Numbered from the stretch's first letter, positions 27,176-37,914 are shown. The stretch is 64,000 nucleotides of DNA from Vicinamibacterales bacterium (GCA_050183995.1 JBFXAT010000017.1:3167-67166); one strand, 5' to 3'. Numbers and translations are program-made. The notes: generated by a model from the sequence alone, not told the origin.

Positions 27176-27222
27176 CCGGTGCGGCCCCAGGGAGCGGAGG
27201 GCGGACCCTGGGGCCGCACCGG
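27176..27222 (-). terminator. 17-bp perfect stem-loop downstream of ftsH (candidate U-tract-less terminator)
   Basis: CCGGTGCGGCCCCAGGG-N13-CCCTGGGGCCGCACCGG, 25 nt after the ftsH stop. There is no T-run on either strand. Confidence 0.45.
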
Positions 27223-27246
27223 CGTGCACCCCGGGCGCGAGGCGCG

Positions 27247-29166
27247 TCACGCCGCCGGCGGTGCCGAGGGCCCGGGGGTGTCGACGGTCAGCAGCTGGCG
27301 AAGCTCGTCGCCTTCCATCACCTCGACGTCGAGCAGCCGTACGGTCACGCGCTCCAGGGCCTCGCGGCGCTCGGTGAGGACCCGCCGGGCCGTCTGGTGG
27401 GCATCGGTCACGATGCGTTTCACCTCGGCGTCGATCTGCTGTGCCGTCTGTTCGCTGTACAGCCCGCGCTCCTGAGGCATCGGGATGTCGAGGAAGCGCG
27501 CCCGCTTGTTGCTGTCGTAGTTGATGGCGCCGAGCGAATCGCTCATGCCCCACTCCGTGACCATCGCGCGCGCAATGTCGGTCGCGCGCTGGAGATCGTT
27601 CTGCGCGCCGGTCGAAATCTCGGCGAGCGCGATCTCTTCCGCCGACCTTCCGCCGAGCAGCACCGCCAGCTGATTGGTGAGGTCGGTCCTCGTCATCAGA
27701 TAGCGATCCTCGAGCGGCAGCTGCATCGTGTAGCCGAGCGCTCCGAAGCCGCGCTGGACGATCGAGATCTTGTGGACCGGATCGAGTCCCGGCAGCAGGG
27801 AGGCGACGACCGCATGTCCCGACTCGTGATACGCGACGATCCGCCGCTCCTTCGTGCTCATGACGCGCTTCTTCTCGAGCCCCGCGATGAGGCGGTCGAT
27901 GGCGGCGTCGAAGTCACGCGGGCCGACCTCCGCCTTGTCGTTGCGCGCGGCCAGCAAGGCGGCTTCATTGACCAGGTTCGCGAGGTCGGCGCCGGCAAAG
28001 CCGGCGGTACGCGCCGCGACGACCTTGAGATCGACGTCGGATGAAATCTTCACGCCCTTCGTGTGGATCCGCAGGATGTCCTCACGCCCCTTCACATCGG
28101 GTTTGTCGACCAGGACCTGACGGTCGAAACGGCCCGGTCGAAGCAGGGCAGGGTCGAGCACCTCCGGACGGTTGGTCGCTCCCATGATGATGACGCCCTT
28201 GCGGGAGTCGAAGCCGTCCATCTCGGCGAGGAGCTGATTGAGCGTCTGCTCGCGTTCTTCGTGGCTGCCGACAGGGCTCTGCACGCGAACCTTGCCCAGC
28301 GCGTCGAGCTCGTCGATGAAGACGATGCACGGCGCTTTGGCTTCGGCCTGCTGGAACAGATCGCGGATGCGCGCCGCGCCGACGCCGACGAACATCTCGA
28401 CGAACTCCGAGCCGCTCAGACTGAAGAACGGCACGTGCGCCTCGCCGGCCACGGCGCGGGCGAGAAGGGTCTTGCCCGTTCCAGGCGGTCCCACGAGCAA
28501 CACGCCCTTGGGAATGCGCCCGCCGAGGTTGGTGTACTTCTTGGGCGTCTTCAGGAACTCGACGACCTCGCGCAGCTCCTCGCGGGCCTCGTCCACGCCG
28601 GCCACGTCGCTGAACCGGACCTTCACCTCGTCGTCGGCGAAGACCTTCGCGCGGCTCCGCGCGAACGACATCACTCCGCCCTCCGCGCCGCTCATCCGCC
28701 GGAAGAAGAATCCCCAGATGGCGACGAAGAAGAGCAGGGGCAGCACCCAGCCCAGGAGCTCGGGCAGCCAGCGGTTGACGACCTCTCCGCTGTACTTGAT
28801 GCCACGGGCCTCGAGCTCCTCGGTCAGCTTCGGATCGTCGACCCGGGTCGTCGTGAAGTCCGTCGTCTGTCGCGAGCCGACCGTCCTCGGCTCCTTGAGG
28901 GTGCCGCGGATGACCTGCTCCCCGACGACGACCTCGGTTACTGCGCCGTTGCGGACGAGATCCTTGAACTCGGAGTAGGGCAGCGGCCGACCTTGCGGTA
29001 CGAACCAGTACATCTGCGCCAGGCCGAGGACCAGCAGCAGGGCGAGCCCGTACCACAGCGACAGTCCGGGGCGGCTGCCGCGGACCTGCCGGGGACCGCG
29101 GCGGTCGCCCCCTCGGGGATTGAAGCGTGGTGTCGGTTTTGACGGCGGCATCGGCTCCTGGGTCAA
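27247..29166 (-). CDS. ftsH: ATP-dependent zinc metalloprotease FtsH
   Basis: Two N-terminal TM helices, Walker [12 protein letters not shown], and zinc motif YHESGHAVV. The TTG start directly abuts the clpB stop (TAATTG). ATG at 29151 is an alternative start. Confidence 0.95.
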   Translation of the reverse strand: MTQEPMPPSKPTPRFNPRGGDRRGPRQVRGSRPGLSLWYGLALLLVLGLAQMYWFVPQGRPLPYSEFKDLVRNGAVTEVVVGEQVIRGTLKEPRTVGSRQTTDFTTTRVDDPKLTEELEARGIKYSGEVVNRWLPELLGWVLPLLFFVAIWGFFFRRMSGAEGGVMSFARSRAKVFADDEVKVRFSDVAGVDEAREELREVVEFLKTPKKYTNLGGRIPKGVLLVGPPGTGKTLLARAVAGEAHVPFFSLSGSEFVEMFVGVGAARIRDLFQQAEAKAPCIVFIDELDALGKVRVQSPVGSHEEREQTLNQLLAEMDGFDSRKGVIIMGATNRPEVLDPALLRPGRFDRQVLVDKPDVKGREDILRIHTKGVKISSDVDLKVVAARTAGFAGADLANLVNEAALLAARNDKAEVGPRDFDAAIDRLIAGLEKKRVMSTKERRIVAYHESGHAVVASLLPGLDPVHKISIVQRGFGALGYTMQLPLEDRYLMTRTDLTNQLAVLLGGRSAEEIALAEISTGAQNDLQRATDIARAMVTEWGMSDSLGAINYDSNKRARFLDIPMPQERGLYSEQTAQQIDAEVKRIVTDAHQTARRVLTERREALERVTVRLLDVEVMEGDELRQLLTVDTPGPSAPPAA

Positions 29167-31776
29167 TTATGCCTGCACGGACTGCCGCTTTTCGAACTGC
29201 AGCCCATCGGCGCCCGCATCGACCGAGACCGTGTCCCCCTCGCCGAATCGCCCCTCGAGCACGTTCAGCGCCAGCGGGTCGAGCACCTGCCGCTGGATCG
29301 CCCGCTTGAGCGGCCGCGCACCGTAGGAGGGGTCGTACCCGTCTTCGACGAGCCGATCCTTCGCGCGGTCGGTGAGCACCACGTGGATCTTGCGCTCCTC
29401 GAGCCGCTTCATGAGGCCGGCGATCTGGATGTCGATGATCTGCTTGATGTGCTCCCGGCGCAGCGCGTGGAAGAAGATCACCTCGTCGATGCGGTTCAGG
29501 AACTCCGGCTTGAAGTGCGCTCGCAGCGCGTCCATGACCTGCCGGCGCGTGTCCTCGTCGAGCACGCCGCTCTCGGTCGTGCGTTCGGAGATGAATTGGC
29601 TTCCGAGGTTGGACGTCATGATCACGACGGCGTTCTTGAAGTCGACCGTTCGGCCCTTCCCATCGGTCAGCCGCCCGTCGTCGAGCAGCTGCAGGAGCAC
29701 GTTCAACACCTCAGGATGCGCCTTCTCGATCTCGTCGAACAGCACGACCGCGTAGGGCCGGCGCCGTACGGCCTCGGTGAGCTGGCCGGCCTCCTCGTAG
29801 CCGACGTAGCCCGGAGGGGCGCCGATCATGCGCGAGACCGTGTGCTTCTCCTGGTACTCCGACATGTCGATCCGGACCGTCGCCTGATCATCGTCGAACA
29901 GGAACTCGGCCAGCGCTCGCGCCAGCTCTGTCTTGCCGACGCCCGTTGGCCCGAGGAACAGGAAACTGCCGAGCGGACGGTTGGGATCCTGCAGCCCGGC
30001 GCGCGCGCGCCGGATGGCGTTCGAGACGGCGACGATGGCGTCGTTCTGCCCGATGACCCGCTTGTGCAGCCGTTCCTCCATGTGCACGAGCTTCTGGATC
30101 TCGCCCTCCATCAGGCGGCTGACCGGGATGTGCGTCCATTTGCTGACGATCTCGGCGATGTCCTCTTCGTCCACTTCTTCCTTCAGCATCCGCTGTCCCG
30201 ACTGCAGTGATGCCAGCCGCGCTTCCTCGTCCCGGATGCGCTGCTCGAGCTGCGGCAATCGGCCGTACTGCATTTCCGACGCCTTGGCGTAGTCGCCGGC
30301 CCGCTGTGCCCGCTCCACCTCCAGGCGCACCCCCTCGAGCTCTTCCTTCAACGCGCGGGCCTGCTGGATCGCTTCCTTCTCCTGCTGCCAGTGCGTCGCC
30401 AGGCGGCCGCGCTCCTCTTTCAGATCCGCGAGCTCCTTGTCGAGCCGCGACAGCCGCTCGACCGAGGCTTTGTCCGTCTCCTTGCGAAGCGCCTCGCGCT
30501 CGATCTCGAGCTGCATGATCCGGCGCTCGGCTTCGTCGAGCTCGGCCGGCATCGAATCGATCTCCATGCGCAGCTTGGAGGCGGCTTCATCGACCAGGTC
30601 GATCGCCTTGTCGGGCAGGAACCGATCGGAAATGTAGCGGTTCGACAGCACGGCGGCGGCAACCAACGCCGAGTCCTTGAACGTGACGCCGTGGTGGATC
30701 TCGTAGCGCTCGCGAAGGCCGCGCAAGATGCTGATGGTGTCTTCGACCGTCGGCTCGCTGACCAGCACCGTCTGGAAGCGGCGCTCGAGGGCTGCGTCCT
30801 TCTCGATGTACTTGCGGTACTCGTCGAGCGTCGTGGCGCCCACCGTGTGCAGCTCGCCACGCGCGAGCATCGGCTTCAGCATGTTCGACGCGTCCATCGA
30901 GCCTTCGGCGGCCCCGGCCCCGACGACCGTGTGCAGCTCGTCGATGAAGAGGACGATCTGGCCTTCCGCGTCCGTGATTTCCTTCAAGACGGCTTTCAGC
31001 CGCTCCTCGAATTCGCCCCGGTACTTTGCGCCCGCCACGAGGGCGCCCATGTCGAGGGCGACGATCCGCTTGTTCTTGAGGCCTTCGGGTACGTCACCCC
31101 GGACGATACGGCCGGCGAGCCCTTCGACGATCGCCGTCTTGCCGACGCCGGGCTCACCGATGAGAACCGGATTGTTCTTGGTCCGTCGGGAGAGCACCTG
31201 GATCACCCGGCGGATCTCCTCGTCGCGGCCGATCACGGGATCGAGCTTGCCCTTGCGGGCGAGCTCCGTCAGGTCGCGTCCGTATCGCTCGAGCGCCTCG
31301 TAGGTCCCCTCGGGGTTCTCCGTCGTCACGCGCTGGGAGCCGCGGACGCTCGTGAGCGTCTGGAAGATCCGGTCGCGGGTGACGCCCTGCTGCTTGAGGA
31401 ACTGCGCGGACGGAGACCGGCCGGTCTCGTCGGCGATGCCAACGAACAGGTGCTCGGTGCTGACGAATTCGTCCTTCAGCCGATCGGCCTCGGCTTGCGC
31501 CTGATCCGTCACCAGTTTGAATCGCGGTGACATTCCGGGCTGCGCGCCGCCATACGCCGACGGCAGCTTCGCGAGCAGTTCGCGGGCGCCGCGCTGCACC
31601 GCGGCCGGGTCGAGGCTCATGCGCCGCAGCAGGCCGGGGACGATGCCGCCGCGCTGCTCGATCAAGGCGACGAGCAGGTGCTCGGGTTCGACCTGAGGAT
31701 TGTTGCCGGCCTGTGCGAGCTCCACCGTGGCTGCGACGGCCTCTCGCGCCTTTTCCGTGTACTTGTTGATGTTCAT
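29167..31776 (-). CDS. clpB: chaperone/disaggregase ClpB
   Basis: Clp_N repeats, NBD1 GEPGVGKTA, long coiled-coil M-domain, NBD2 GPTGVGKTE; 869 aa. Confidence 0.95.
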   Translation of the reverse strand: MNINKYTEKAREAVAATVELAQAGNNPQVEPEHLLVALIEQRGGIVPGLLRRMSLDPAAVQRGARELLAKLPSAYGGAQPGMSPRFKLVTDQAQAEADRLKDEFVSTEHLFVGIADETGRSPSAQFLKQQGVTRDRIFQTLTSVRGSQRVTTENPEGTYEALERYGRDLTELARKGKLDPVIGRDEEIRRVIQVLSRRTKNNPVLIGEPGVGKTAIVEGLAGRIVRGDVPEGLKNKRIVALDMGALVAGAKYRGEFEERLKAVLKEITDAEGQIVLFIDELHTVVGAGAAEGSMDASNMLKPMLARGELHTVGATTLDEYRKYIEKDAALERRFQTVLVSEPTVEDTISILRGLRERYEIHHGVTFKDSALVAAAVLSNRYISDRFLPDKAIDLVDEAASKLRMEIDSMPAELDEAERRIMQLEIEREALRKETDKASVERLSRLDKELADLKEERGRLATHWQQEKEAIQQARALKEELEGVRLEVERAQRAGDYAKASEMQYGRLPQLEQRIRDEEARLASLQSGQRMLKEEVDEEDIAEIVSKWTHIPVSRLMEGEIQKLVHMEERLHKRVIGQNDAIVAVSNAIRRARAGLQDPNRPLGSFLFLGPTGVGKTELARALAEFLFDDDQATVRIDMSEYQEKHTVSRMIGAPPGYVGYEEAGQLTEAVRRRPYAVVLFDEIEKAHPEVLNVLLQLLDDGRLTDGKGRTVDFKNAVVIMTSNLGSQFISERTTESGVLDEDTRRQVMDALRAHFKPEFLNRIDEVIFFHALRREHIKQIIDIQIAGLMKRLEERKIHVVLTDRAKDRLVEDGYDPSYGARPLKRAIQRQVLDPLALNVLEGRFGEGDTVSVDAGADGLQFEKRQSVQA

Positions 31777-32765
31777 GATGTCGTTCCCTGTTCCAGCGTG
31801 GCGAGCGCTTCGAAGTGGGCGCGCTGTTCGGGCGAGAGCGTCTTGGGCAGCACCACCTCAATCGTTGCGTAGAGGTCTCCGGGCTCCGCCTTCCCCGTGG
31901 CGGGCATGCCGTGTCCCTTCAAGCGGAACGTCTGTCCGTTCTGCGTCGTTGCCGGGACCTTCAATCTCAGCGAGCGGCCGCCCACGGTCGACACGTCCGC
32001 CTCGCCACCGAGGACGGCCGTGGTGAGCGGCACGTGGACGCGCGCGTACAGGTCCTTGCCCTTGCGCTCGAACCGCGGATGCGGAGCCAGGCGGATCCGG
32101 AGATACAAGTCGCCCGACTTCGCGCCTCCCGAACCCATCTCGCCCTCGCCGGCGATGCGGACCCTGGAGCCGTCGCCGACGCCCGCCGGGATCCGCACGT
32201 CGACCGTCCGCGCGTGGCCGTCGTGCTTGATCGAGAAGCGCCGCGTCGTGCCGTGGAAGGCGTCCTCGAGCGACAGCTCGAGCTCCTGTTCGACGTCGCG
32301 CCCCTGGCGGCTGCGAGCGCGCCCGCGTGTGCGGCGCGCGCCCGCCTCCTCCTGACCTCCCATGGCGCCGCCGAAGAAGGTGTGGAAGAAGTCGGAGAAG
32401 GGGTCGGCATCTCCGAACATCTGGTGCATCTCCTCCGGCGTCATCGTGCGGAAGCCTCCCTGACCTCCGCCCGTATTGACGTTCCACCCGCCGAAGGGGC
32501 CGCCTGGTCCGGGGCCTCCGCTGGCCCCCGCCTGCTCGTAGGCGCGCCAGTTGGCGCCGAGCTCGTCGTATTTGCGACGCTTCTCCGGGTCGCCGAGAAC
32601 CTCGTTGGCCTCGTTGATTTCCTTGAAGCGCGTCTCGGCCGTCTTGTCGCCGGGGTTCACGTCCGGGTGATACTTGCGCGCGAGCTTCCGGAACGCCTGC
32701 TTGATCTCTTTTTCGGTGGCGTTCTTCTGGACGCCGAGCGTGGCGTAGTAGTCCTTGAACTCCAT
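31773..32765 (-). CDS. cbpA: J-domain co-chaperone, CbpA-type (no zinc-finger domain)
   Basis: DYYATLGV...KYHPDVNP (HPD), G/F-rich linker, two DnaJ C-terminal beta domains. No CxxCxGxG repeats. Overlaps the clpB start by 4 nt. Confidence 0.85.
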   Translation of the reverse strand: MEFKDYYATLGVQKNATEKEIKQAFRKLARKYHPDVNPGDKTAETRFKEINEANEVLGDPEKRRKYDELGANWRAYEQAGASGGPGPGGPFGGWNVNTGGGQGGFRTMTPEEMHQMFGDADPFSDFFHTFFGGAMGGQEEAGARRTRGRARSRQGRDVEQELELSLEDAFHGTTRRFSIKHDGHARTVDVRIPAGVGDGSRVRIAGEGEMGSGGAKSGDLYLRIRLAPHPRFERKGKDLYARVHVPLTTAVLGGEADVSTVGGRSLRLKVPATTQNGQTFRLKGHGMPATGKAEPGDLYATIEVVLPKTLSPEQRAHFEALATLEQGTTS

Positions 32766-32766
32766 A

Positions 32767-33111
32767 TCAGTCGAACCCCAGCAATCGTGCGAGCTGATCG
32801 ATCTCCTGCGTGAGCCGCCGCGCCTCGCGTGTGGTCAGCGGCTCGTCCCGCATGAAAGGGCGGATGCGCTGCACGACGTCGGCGATGGAGAGCAGGCGCT
32901 GCACGCCGGCCAGGTTGATTCCCCCATCGTCGACGAGGCGCTTGATCGCTCGCAGCCGCTCCAGCTCGTCTCGCGTGTAGAGACGGGTGCTGCCGACGGT
33001 CCGGCTCGGCTGGACCAGTCCCAGGCGCTCGTACTTGCGCAGCGTCTGGGGATGCATGCCGAGCATCCGGGCCGCCATGCTGATGAAGAAGACTTCCTCG
33101 TCCAGTCCCAT
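32767..33111 (-). CDS. hspR: MerR-family heat-shock repressor HspR
   Basis: ISMAARMLGMHPQTLRKYERLGLVQPSRTVGSTRLYTRDELERLRAIKRL. It is the first gene of a chaperone operon. Confidence 0.85.
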   Translation of the reverse strand: MGLDEEVFFISMAARMLGMHPQTLRKYERLGLVQPSRTVGSTRLYTRDELERLRAIKRLVDDGGINLAGVQRLLSIADVVQRIRPFMRDEPLTTREARRLTQEIDQLARLLGFD

Positions 33112-33136
33112 GGCGTCTCAAATATGCGTCGAGTCA

Positions 33137-33165
33137 AGTGTAGGTCTTGATACGAGGCGTGTCAA
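33137..33165 (-). promoter_or_regulatory. sigma-70-type promoter of hspR-cbpA-clpB-ftsH: TTGACA-17 nt-TACACT
   Basis: Minus strand reads TTGACA (33165..33160), cgcctcgtatcaagacc, TACACT (33142..33137). The ATG is at 33111. Confidence 0.6.
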
Positions 33166-33166
33166 C
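33146..33166 (-). promoter_or_regulatory. HAIR-like HspR operator candidate: GTTGACA-N7-TATCAAG
   Basis: It has the same TTGA-N11-TCAA geometry as the HAIR consensus CTTGAGT-N7-ACTCAAG (9/14 matches) and overlaps the -35 and spacer. A third half-site follows as TCAAG-N7-CTTGA (33132..33150), overlapping the -10. Confidence 0.45.
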
Positions 33167-33190
33167 CATTGACGTCTATACTGACAGGAC

Positions 33191-33946
33191 GTGTTGCCGC
33201 TGTTCGACTCTGTCCAGGCCTCCGACCTGGTGACGATCGGCCTGCTCGTGGCCCTCGAAGGCTTGCTGAGCGCGGACAACGCGATGGTCCTTGCCGTGCT
33301 CGTGCTGGGTCTGCCGCGGGCCGACCAGCAGAAGGCGCTCCGCTACGGGATCGTCGGCGCATTCATCTTCCGGGCCGCGGCGACGCTCCTCGCGGCATGG
33401 CTGATCGATCTGCTCTGGGTCAAGCTGCTCGGCGCGGCGTATCTGATGTACCTGTCGGTCGGACATTTCCGGCAGCAGGGCACCGCCGACGAACGGCGGA
33501 CGCCACCGAAGGCCGTCGCGCTCTTCGGCCTGTCGCCGTTCTGGACGACGGTCGTGAAGGTCGAGCTCACGGACATCGTGTTCGCGATCGACTCGATTCT
33601 CGTCGCCGTCGCCATGTCGCAGAAGCTGTGGGTCGTGCTGGCGGGCGGCATTCTCGGCATCATCATGATGCGTCTCGTCATCGGACGGCTGCTGGCCATC
33701 GTCGAGCGATATCCGCCGCTCGTGGATGGGGCATTCGTGATCATCGCGTGGGTGGCGGTCAAGCTCTCGCTCGAGTACCTCCACTCGGCAGGGTACGTGC
33801 AGTTCGTAGTGCCGAGGTGGCTGTCGCTCGGGTTGATCGTGGTGATCTTCCTCGCCGCGCTCGCGTATGCGGTGATCCTCGAGCGCAGGGCGGCGGACGG
33901 CCAGGAGGGGGCATCTGGATGGGCGCGCGATCGCGACGGCTCCTGA
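33191..33946 (+). CDS. TerC-family integral membrane protein
   Basis: GTG start. Duplicated TerC signatures LSADNAMVLAVL and DSILVAVAM. 7-9 TM helices. Confidence 0.85.
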   Translation: MLPLFDSVQASDLVTIGLLVALEGLLSADNAMVLAVLVLGLPRADQQKALRYGIVGAFIFRAAATLLAAWLIDLLWVKLLGAAYLMYLSVGHFRQQGTADERRTPPKAVALFGLSPFWTTVVKVELTDIVFAIDSILVAVAMSQKLWVVLAGGILGIIMMRLVIGRLLAIVERYPPLVDGAFVIIAWVAVKLSLEYLHSAGYVQFVVPRWLSLGLIVVIFLAALAYAVILERRAADGQEGASGWARDRDGS

Positions 33947-35955
33947 GCGTGCCGGGGGCGCGGCGCGTCTGGGACGGCGTGGCGCTCGCGCTGCTCGGGC
34001 TGCTGATCGCCGGGGCGGTGATCTCGACCTGGTGGGCGTCGCACTACGCGCTCGCCGTGCACCGGCTGACGCGAGGCGTTGGCGATACCGTCTTCCTCTC
34101 GCGCGACGGCGAGGACTGGTTCCGGCTGGACGAGCAGCGCCACGATGTCGCGCTCGCCCAGATTGCTCCGCACCTGCAGCACGCCATCGTCGCCATCGAA
34201 GATCGGCGGTTCTACTATCACCCTGGCATCGATCCCGTCGCCCTCGGCCGGGCGATCTATCGCGCCACCACGCGATCCGGGCGGATCGAAGGCGGCAGCA
34301 CGCTGACGCAGCAGTTGGCGCGCACGCTGTTTCTCTCCAACGTCAGGACCGTCGGCCGCAAGGCGAAGGAAGCGCTCATCGCCGTGATGATCGAGCTCGA
34401 GCTCTCGAAGGCTCAGGTGCTCGAGCTGTACCTGAACCGCGTGTACCTCAGTGCCGGTGTATACGGTGTGGACTCGATGGCGACGCACCTGTTCAGGAAG
34501 CCGGCGAGCGAGCTGACGCTCGCCGAATCGGCATTGATCGCCGGCCTGGTCCGCGCGCCGTCGGCGCTTTCGCCGTGGAGCAACTACGAGGGAGCCCTCG
34601 CGCGAAGCCGACTGGTCCTCGCACAGATGCGCGACCAGGGATTCATCAGCGAGGCCGACGAACGCGCGGCGCGGCGCGAGCGCCCGCGCATCCAGTCCTA
34701 CCGGCAGTCGCGCGAAGGCGCGTCCGGATGGGCCAAGGACTATCTCCGCCAGCGGTTTCGCGATCAATTCGGACCCGATCACCCGCCGGACTGGCGGGTG
34801 CAGACGACCTTCGATCGCGCCGTGCAGCAGGCTGGGGAAAGGTCGGTGGACGCGGGGCTGCGCGGGATCGGACGTTCGAACCTCCAGGCGGCGCTGGTGG
34901 CGATCGATCCACGAACGGGCGATCTGCTCGCCATGGTCGGTGGCGCCTCGTACGCGCGCAGCACGTTCAACCGCGCCACGCGTGCGCGCAGGCAGCCGGG
35001 CTCCGCCTTCAAGCCGTTCGTGTACGCGGCGGCGCTGATGGACGGGTATTCGCCGGTGACCCTCATTCCGGAGCTCGGCGCCTCGGTTCCCGACGACCCT
35101 GAATGGACGCCGCAGCGCGCCAGCCTTCGGTCTCGCGAGGGGCTGACGCTTCGCGACGCCTTGATGCAGTCGGACAACGCCGCAGCCGTGGCCCTTCAAC
35201 AGCGGATCGGCGCCCGCGACGTGCTCGATCTCGCGGAAGCCGCCGGATTGCGAGGGCTGCCGGACGTGCCTTCGCTCGCGCTCGGCACGGGGCTGGTGTC
35301 GCTGTTGGATCTCACGGCCGCGTACACGATCTTTCCGGGCGGAGGCGTGCTGGTGACCCCGCGAGGCCTCACGGCGGTGCTCGACGCCGACGGCGCCAGC
35401 GTATTCGCGCCAGAGGTCCGGCGGCGGCGCGTGCTGCCGGAGCCGGTCGCGTTCCAGACGCTGAGCATTCTGCGCGACGTGGTCGATCGCGGCACGGCGC
35501 GTCCGGCCCGCGTGCTCGGCGTGCGCGGGGCGGTCGGCGGGAAGACGGGCACGACCGACGACTATCACGATGCGTGGTTCATCGGGTTCTCGAGCGAGAT
35601 CGTCGCCGGCGTCTGGGTCGGCTTCGACGCGCCTGCGCCGATCGGCCGCGACGCGTACGCCGCCCGCGTAGCGCTGCCCATCTGGGCCGAGTTCATGAAG
35701 CGCACCGCGAGAGTGCTGCCTCCGGCCCCGTTTCCGGTTCCATCGGGTGTCGAGACGTTGGAACTCTGCAGCGTCTCTCACCTGAAGGCGATGCGGGACT
35801 GCCCGACGTACGTCGAGTACTTCAAGGAGGGCGACGACATTCCGTCGGCGCTCTGTTCGATTCACAAAGGTACCGTGCGTCAGCGCGCCAGCAGGGCCGT
35901 TGAGGGCTTCTTTCGCGGGCTCGGGGCCCGCCTCAAGGGGCTCTTCGGCCGCTGA
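33919..35955 (+). CDS. class A penicillin-binding protein (PBP1A-type transglycosylase/transpeptidase)
   Basis: Part of ORF 33169..35955, with start at ATG 33919 (MGARSRRLLSVPGARRVWDGVALALLGLLIAG). GT51 motifs EDRRFYYHPGIDP and GGSTLTQQ. Transpeptidase motifs GSAFKP (SxxK), SDN, KTGTT. Overlaps terC by 28 nt. Confidence 0.9.
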   Translation: MGARSRRLLSVPGARRVWDGVALALLGLLIAGAVISTWWASHYALAVHRLTRGVGDTVFLSRDGEDWFRLDEQRHDVALAQIAPHLQHAIVAIEDRRFYYHPGIDPVALGRAIYRATTRSGRIEGGSTLTQQLARTLFLSNVRTVGRKAKEALIAVMIELELSKAQVLELYLNRVYLSAGVYGVDSMATHLFRKPASELTLAESALIAGLVRAPSALSPWSNYEGALARSRLVLAQMRDQGFISEADERAARRERPRIQSYRQSREGASGWAKDYLRQRFRDQFGPDHPPDWRVQTTFDRAVQQAGERSVDAGLRGIGRSNLQAALVAIDPRTGDLLAMVGGASYARSTFNRATRARRQPGSAFKPFVYAAALMDGYSPVTLIPELGASVPDDPEWTPQRASLRSREGLTLRDALMQSDNAAAVALQQRIGARDVLDLAEAAGLRGLPDVPSLALGTGLVSLLDLTAAYTIFPGGGVLVTPRGLTAVLDADGASVFAPEVRRRRVLPEPVAFQTLSILRDVVDRGTARPARVLGVRGAVGGKTGTTDDYHDAWFIGFSSEIVAGVWVGFDAPAPIGRDAYAARVALPIWAEFMKRTARVLPPAPFPVPSGVETLELCSVSHLKAMRDCPTYVEYFKEGDDIPSALCSIHKGTVRQRASRAVEGFFRGLGARLKGLFGR

Positions 35956-35991
35956 TCGCTCTCTGAGCCGCCCGGCACCGATTCTGCACAG

Positions 35992-37914
35992 GTGTCGAAT
36001 CACATGTCATCGTCTTCCGTTCATCGCCGACTGCCGGTCGGCGCCGAAGTCGTGTCCCTGGAGCAGACGCACTTTCGCGTCTGGGCGCCTGCGGCGCGAG
36101 CGATCGACGTGGTGCTCCCCGACAGCGCGTCGCCGTGTCCGATGGCGCCGGAGCAGGGCGGCTACTGGGTCGGGTTCGCCCCGGCGCGACCCGGAGACCG
36201 ATACGGCTTCCGCATCGACGGTTCGGAGAAGGTCTACCCCGATCCCGCATCGCGGTTCCAACCCGAGGGGCCGCACGGCTTGTCGGAGATCGTCGACGCC
36301 GCCACCTTTGCCTGGACCGACCACCAATGGGCCGGCGCCAGGATTGAGGGGCAGGTGCTCTACGAGCTGCACGTGGGCACGTTCACCCGCGAGGGCACGT
36401 ATGCCGCAGCCGCGCGCGAGCTGGAGGCGCTCCACGCGTTGGGCGTCACTGTCGTCGAGCTGATGCCGCTGGCCGAATTCGACGGCCGCTTCGGCTGGGG
36501 CTACGACGGCGTGGACCTCTTCGCCCCGTTCCACCACTACGGACGGCCCGACGACCTGCGGGCGTTCGTGGACGCGGCGCATCGCGTGGGCGTCGCGGTC
36601 ATCCTCGACGTGGTCTACAACCACCTTGGACCGTCGGGCAACTACCTGCGCGTCTTCTCCCCGAGCTACTTCACCGACAAGCACGACAACGAATGGGGAG
36701 ACGCCATCAACTTCGACGGGGACGATGCGCGGCCGGTGCGCGAGCTGTTCATCGCGAACGCCAGCTACTGGATCGACGAATTTCACATGGATGGTCTGCG
36801 GCTCGATGCGACCCAGCAGATGTTCGACGCCTCCTCCCCGCATATCGTCGCGGAGATCGCGGCCGCCGCGCGCGCGTCTGCAGGCTCGCGGCGGTCGATC
36901 GTCGTCGTCGCCGAGAACGAGCCGCAGGACACCGGTCTGGTTCGTCCGGCATCCGAGGGAGGCATGGGGCTGGACGGCGTCTGGAACGACGACTTTCACC
37001 ACAGCGCGATGGTCGCCGTGACGGGGCGCGCGGAAGCGTACTACAGCGATACCCGTGGCACCTCGCAGGAGCTGATCGCGGCCGTCAAGTACGGGTATCT
37101 GTTCCAGGGGCAGTACTACAGCTGGCAGCGCCACCTTCGAGGTGTGCCGGGACTGGATCTCGATCCCGCGCGATTCGTCGCGTATCTGCAGAACCACGAT
37201 CAGGTCGCGAACTCGGTGCGGGGGCTCCGCCTGCACCAGCTCACGAGTCCCGCGCGCGCCCGCGCCGTGACGGCGCTGCTGCTCCTCATGCCGGGGACGC
37301 CGATGTTGTTTCAAGGCCAGGAGTTCGAGGCATCGGCGCCGTTCCTGTACTTCGCCGATCACGAGCCGGAGCTGGCGGCCGGGGTGCGTGCGGGCCGCGC
37401 CGAGTTCCTCGTCCAGTTCCCGAGCGCACGCGCGTTCGAAAGCGTGGCGGCGCTCGACGATCCTGCCGCCTTGGAGACGTTCGAGCGCTGCAAGCTGGAC
37501 TTCGACGAGCGGCAGAAGCATGCCGGCGCGTACGCGCTGCACCGCGATCTCCTGCGGGTGCGGCGCGACACGCCCGCGTTCCGCGCGCAGCGGAGAGGCG
37601 TCGTCGACGGCGTCGTCCTGTCGGAGCGCGCGTTCATGCTGCGCTACATGTTGGACGGGGCGAACGATCGCCTGCTGATCGTGAACCTGGGGCCCGACCT
37701 CGGACGCGCCTCGATCGCGGATCCGCTGGTGGCTCCGCCGCAGGGATCCGAATGGGCGGTCGTCTGGGCCAGCGAGGATCCGCAGTACGGCGGAACGGGC
37801 ACGCCGGATCTGTGGCCGGAGGACCGGTGGCATCTGCCGGCAGAGAGCGCGATCGTCCTCGCGCCGAGGCCGGCGCGCGCACGCAAAGCGGGTGTCCGTC
37901 GGCGCACGGCATAG
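35992..37914 (+). CDS. treZ: malto-oligosyltrehalose trehalohydrolase (GH13)
   Basis: THFRVWAP, YELHVGTFTREGT, GWGYDGV, ILDVVYNHLGPSGNY, FHMDGLRLDA, VAENE, NHDQ. Confidence 0.85.
   Translation: MSNHMSSSSVHRRLPVGAEVVSLEQTHFRVWAPAARAIDVVLPDSASPCPMAPEQGGYWVGFAPARPGDRYGFRIDGSEKVYPDPASRFQPEGPHGLSEIVDAATFAWTDHQWAGARIEGQVLYELHVGTFTREGTYAAAARELEALHALGVTVVELMPLAEFDGRFGWGYDGVDLFAPFHHYGRPDDLRAFVDAAHRVGVAVILDVVYNHLGPSGNYLRVFSPSYFTDKHDNEWGDAINFDGDDARPVRELFIANASYWIDEFHMDGLRLDATQQMFDASSPHIVAEIAAAARASAGSRRSIVVVAENEPQDTGLVRPASEGGMGLDGVWNDDFHHSAMVAVTGRAEAYYSDTRGTSQELIAAVKYGYLFQGQYYSWQRHLRGVPGLDLDPARFVAYLQNHDQVANSVRGLRLHQLTSPARARAVTALLLLMPGTPMLFQGQEFEASAPFLYFADHEPELAAGVRAGRAEFLVQFPSARAFESVAALDDPAALETFERCKLDFDERQKHAGAYALHRDLLRVRRDTPAFRAQRRGVVDGVVLSERAFMLRYMLDGANDRLLIVNLGPDLGRASIADPLVAPPQGSEWAVVWASEDPQYGGTGTPDLWPEDRWHLPAESAIVLAPRPARARKAGVRRRTA

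Noticed and set aside
33112-33190. Expected yybP-ykoY Mn riboswitch upstream of the TerC-family gene
   Set aside because: Only 79 nt are available, and the hspR promoter and operator occupy them. No four-way-junction-like conserved segments are visible.
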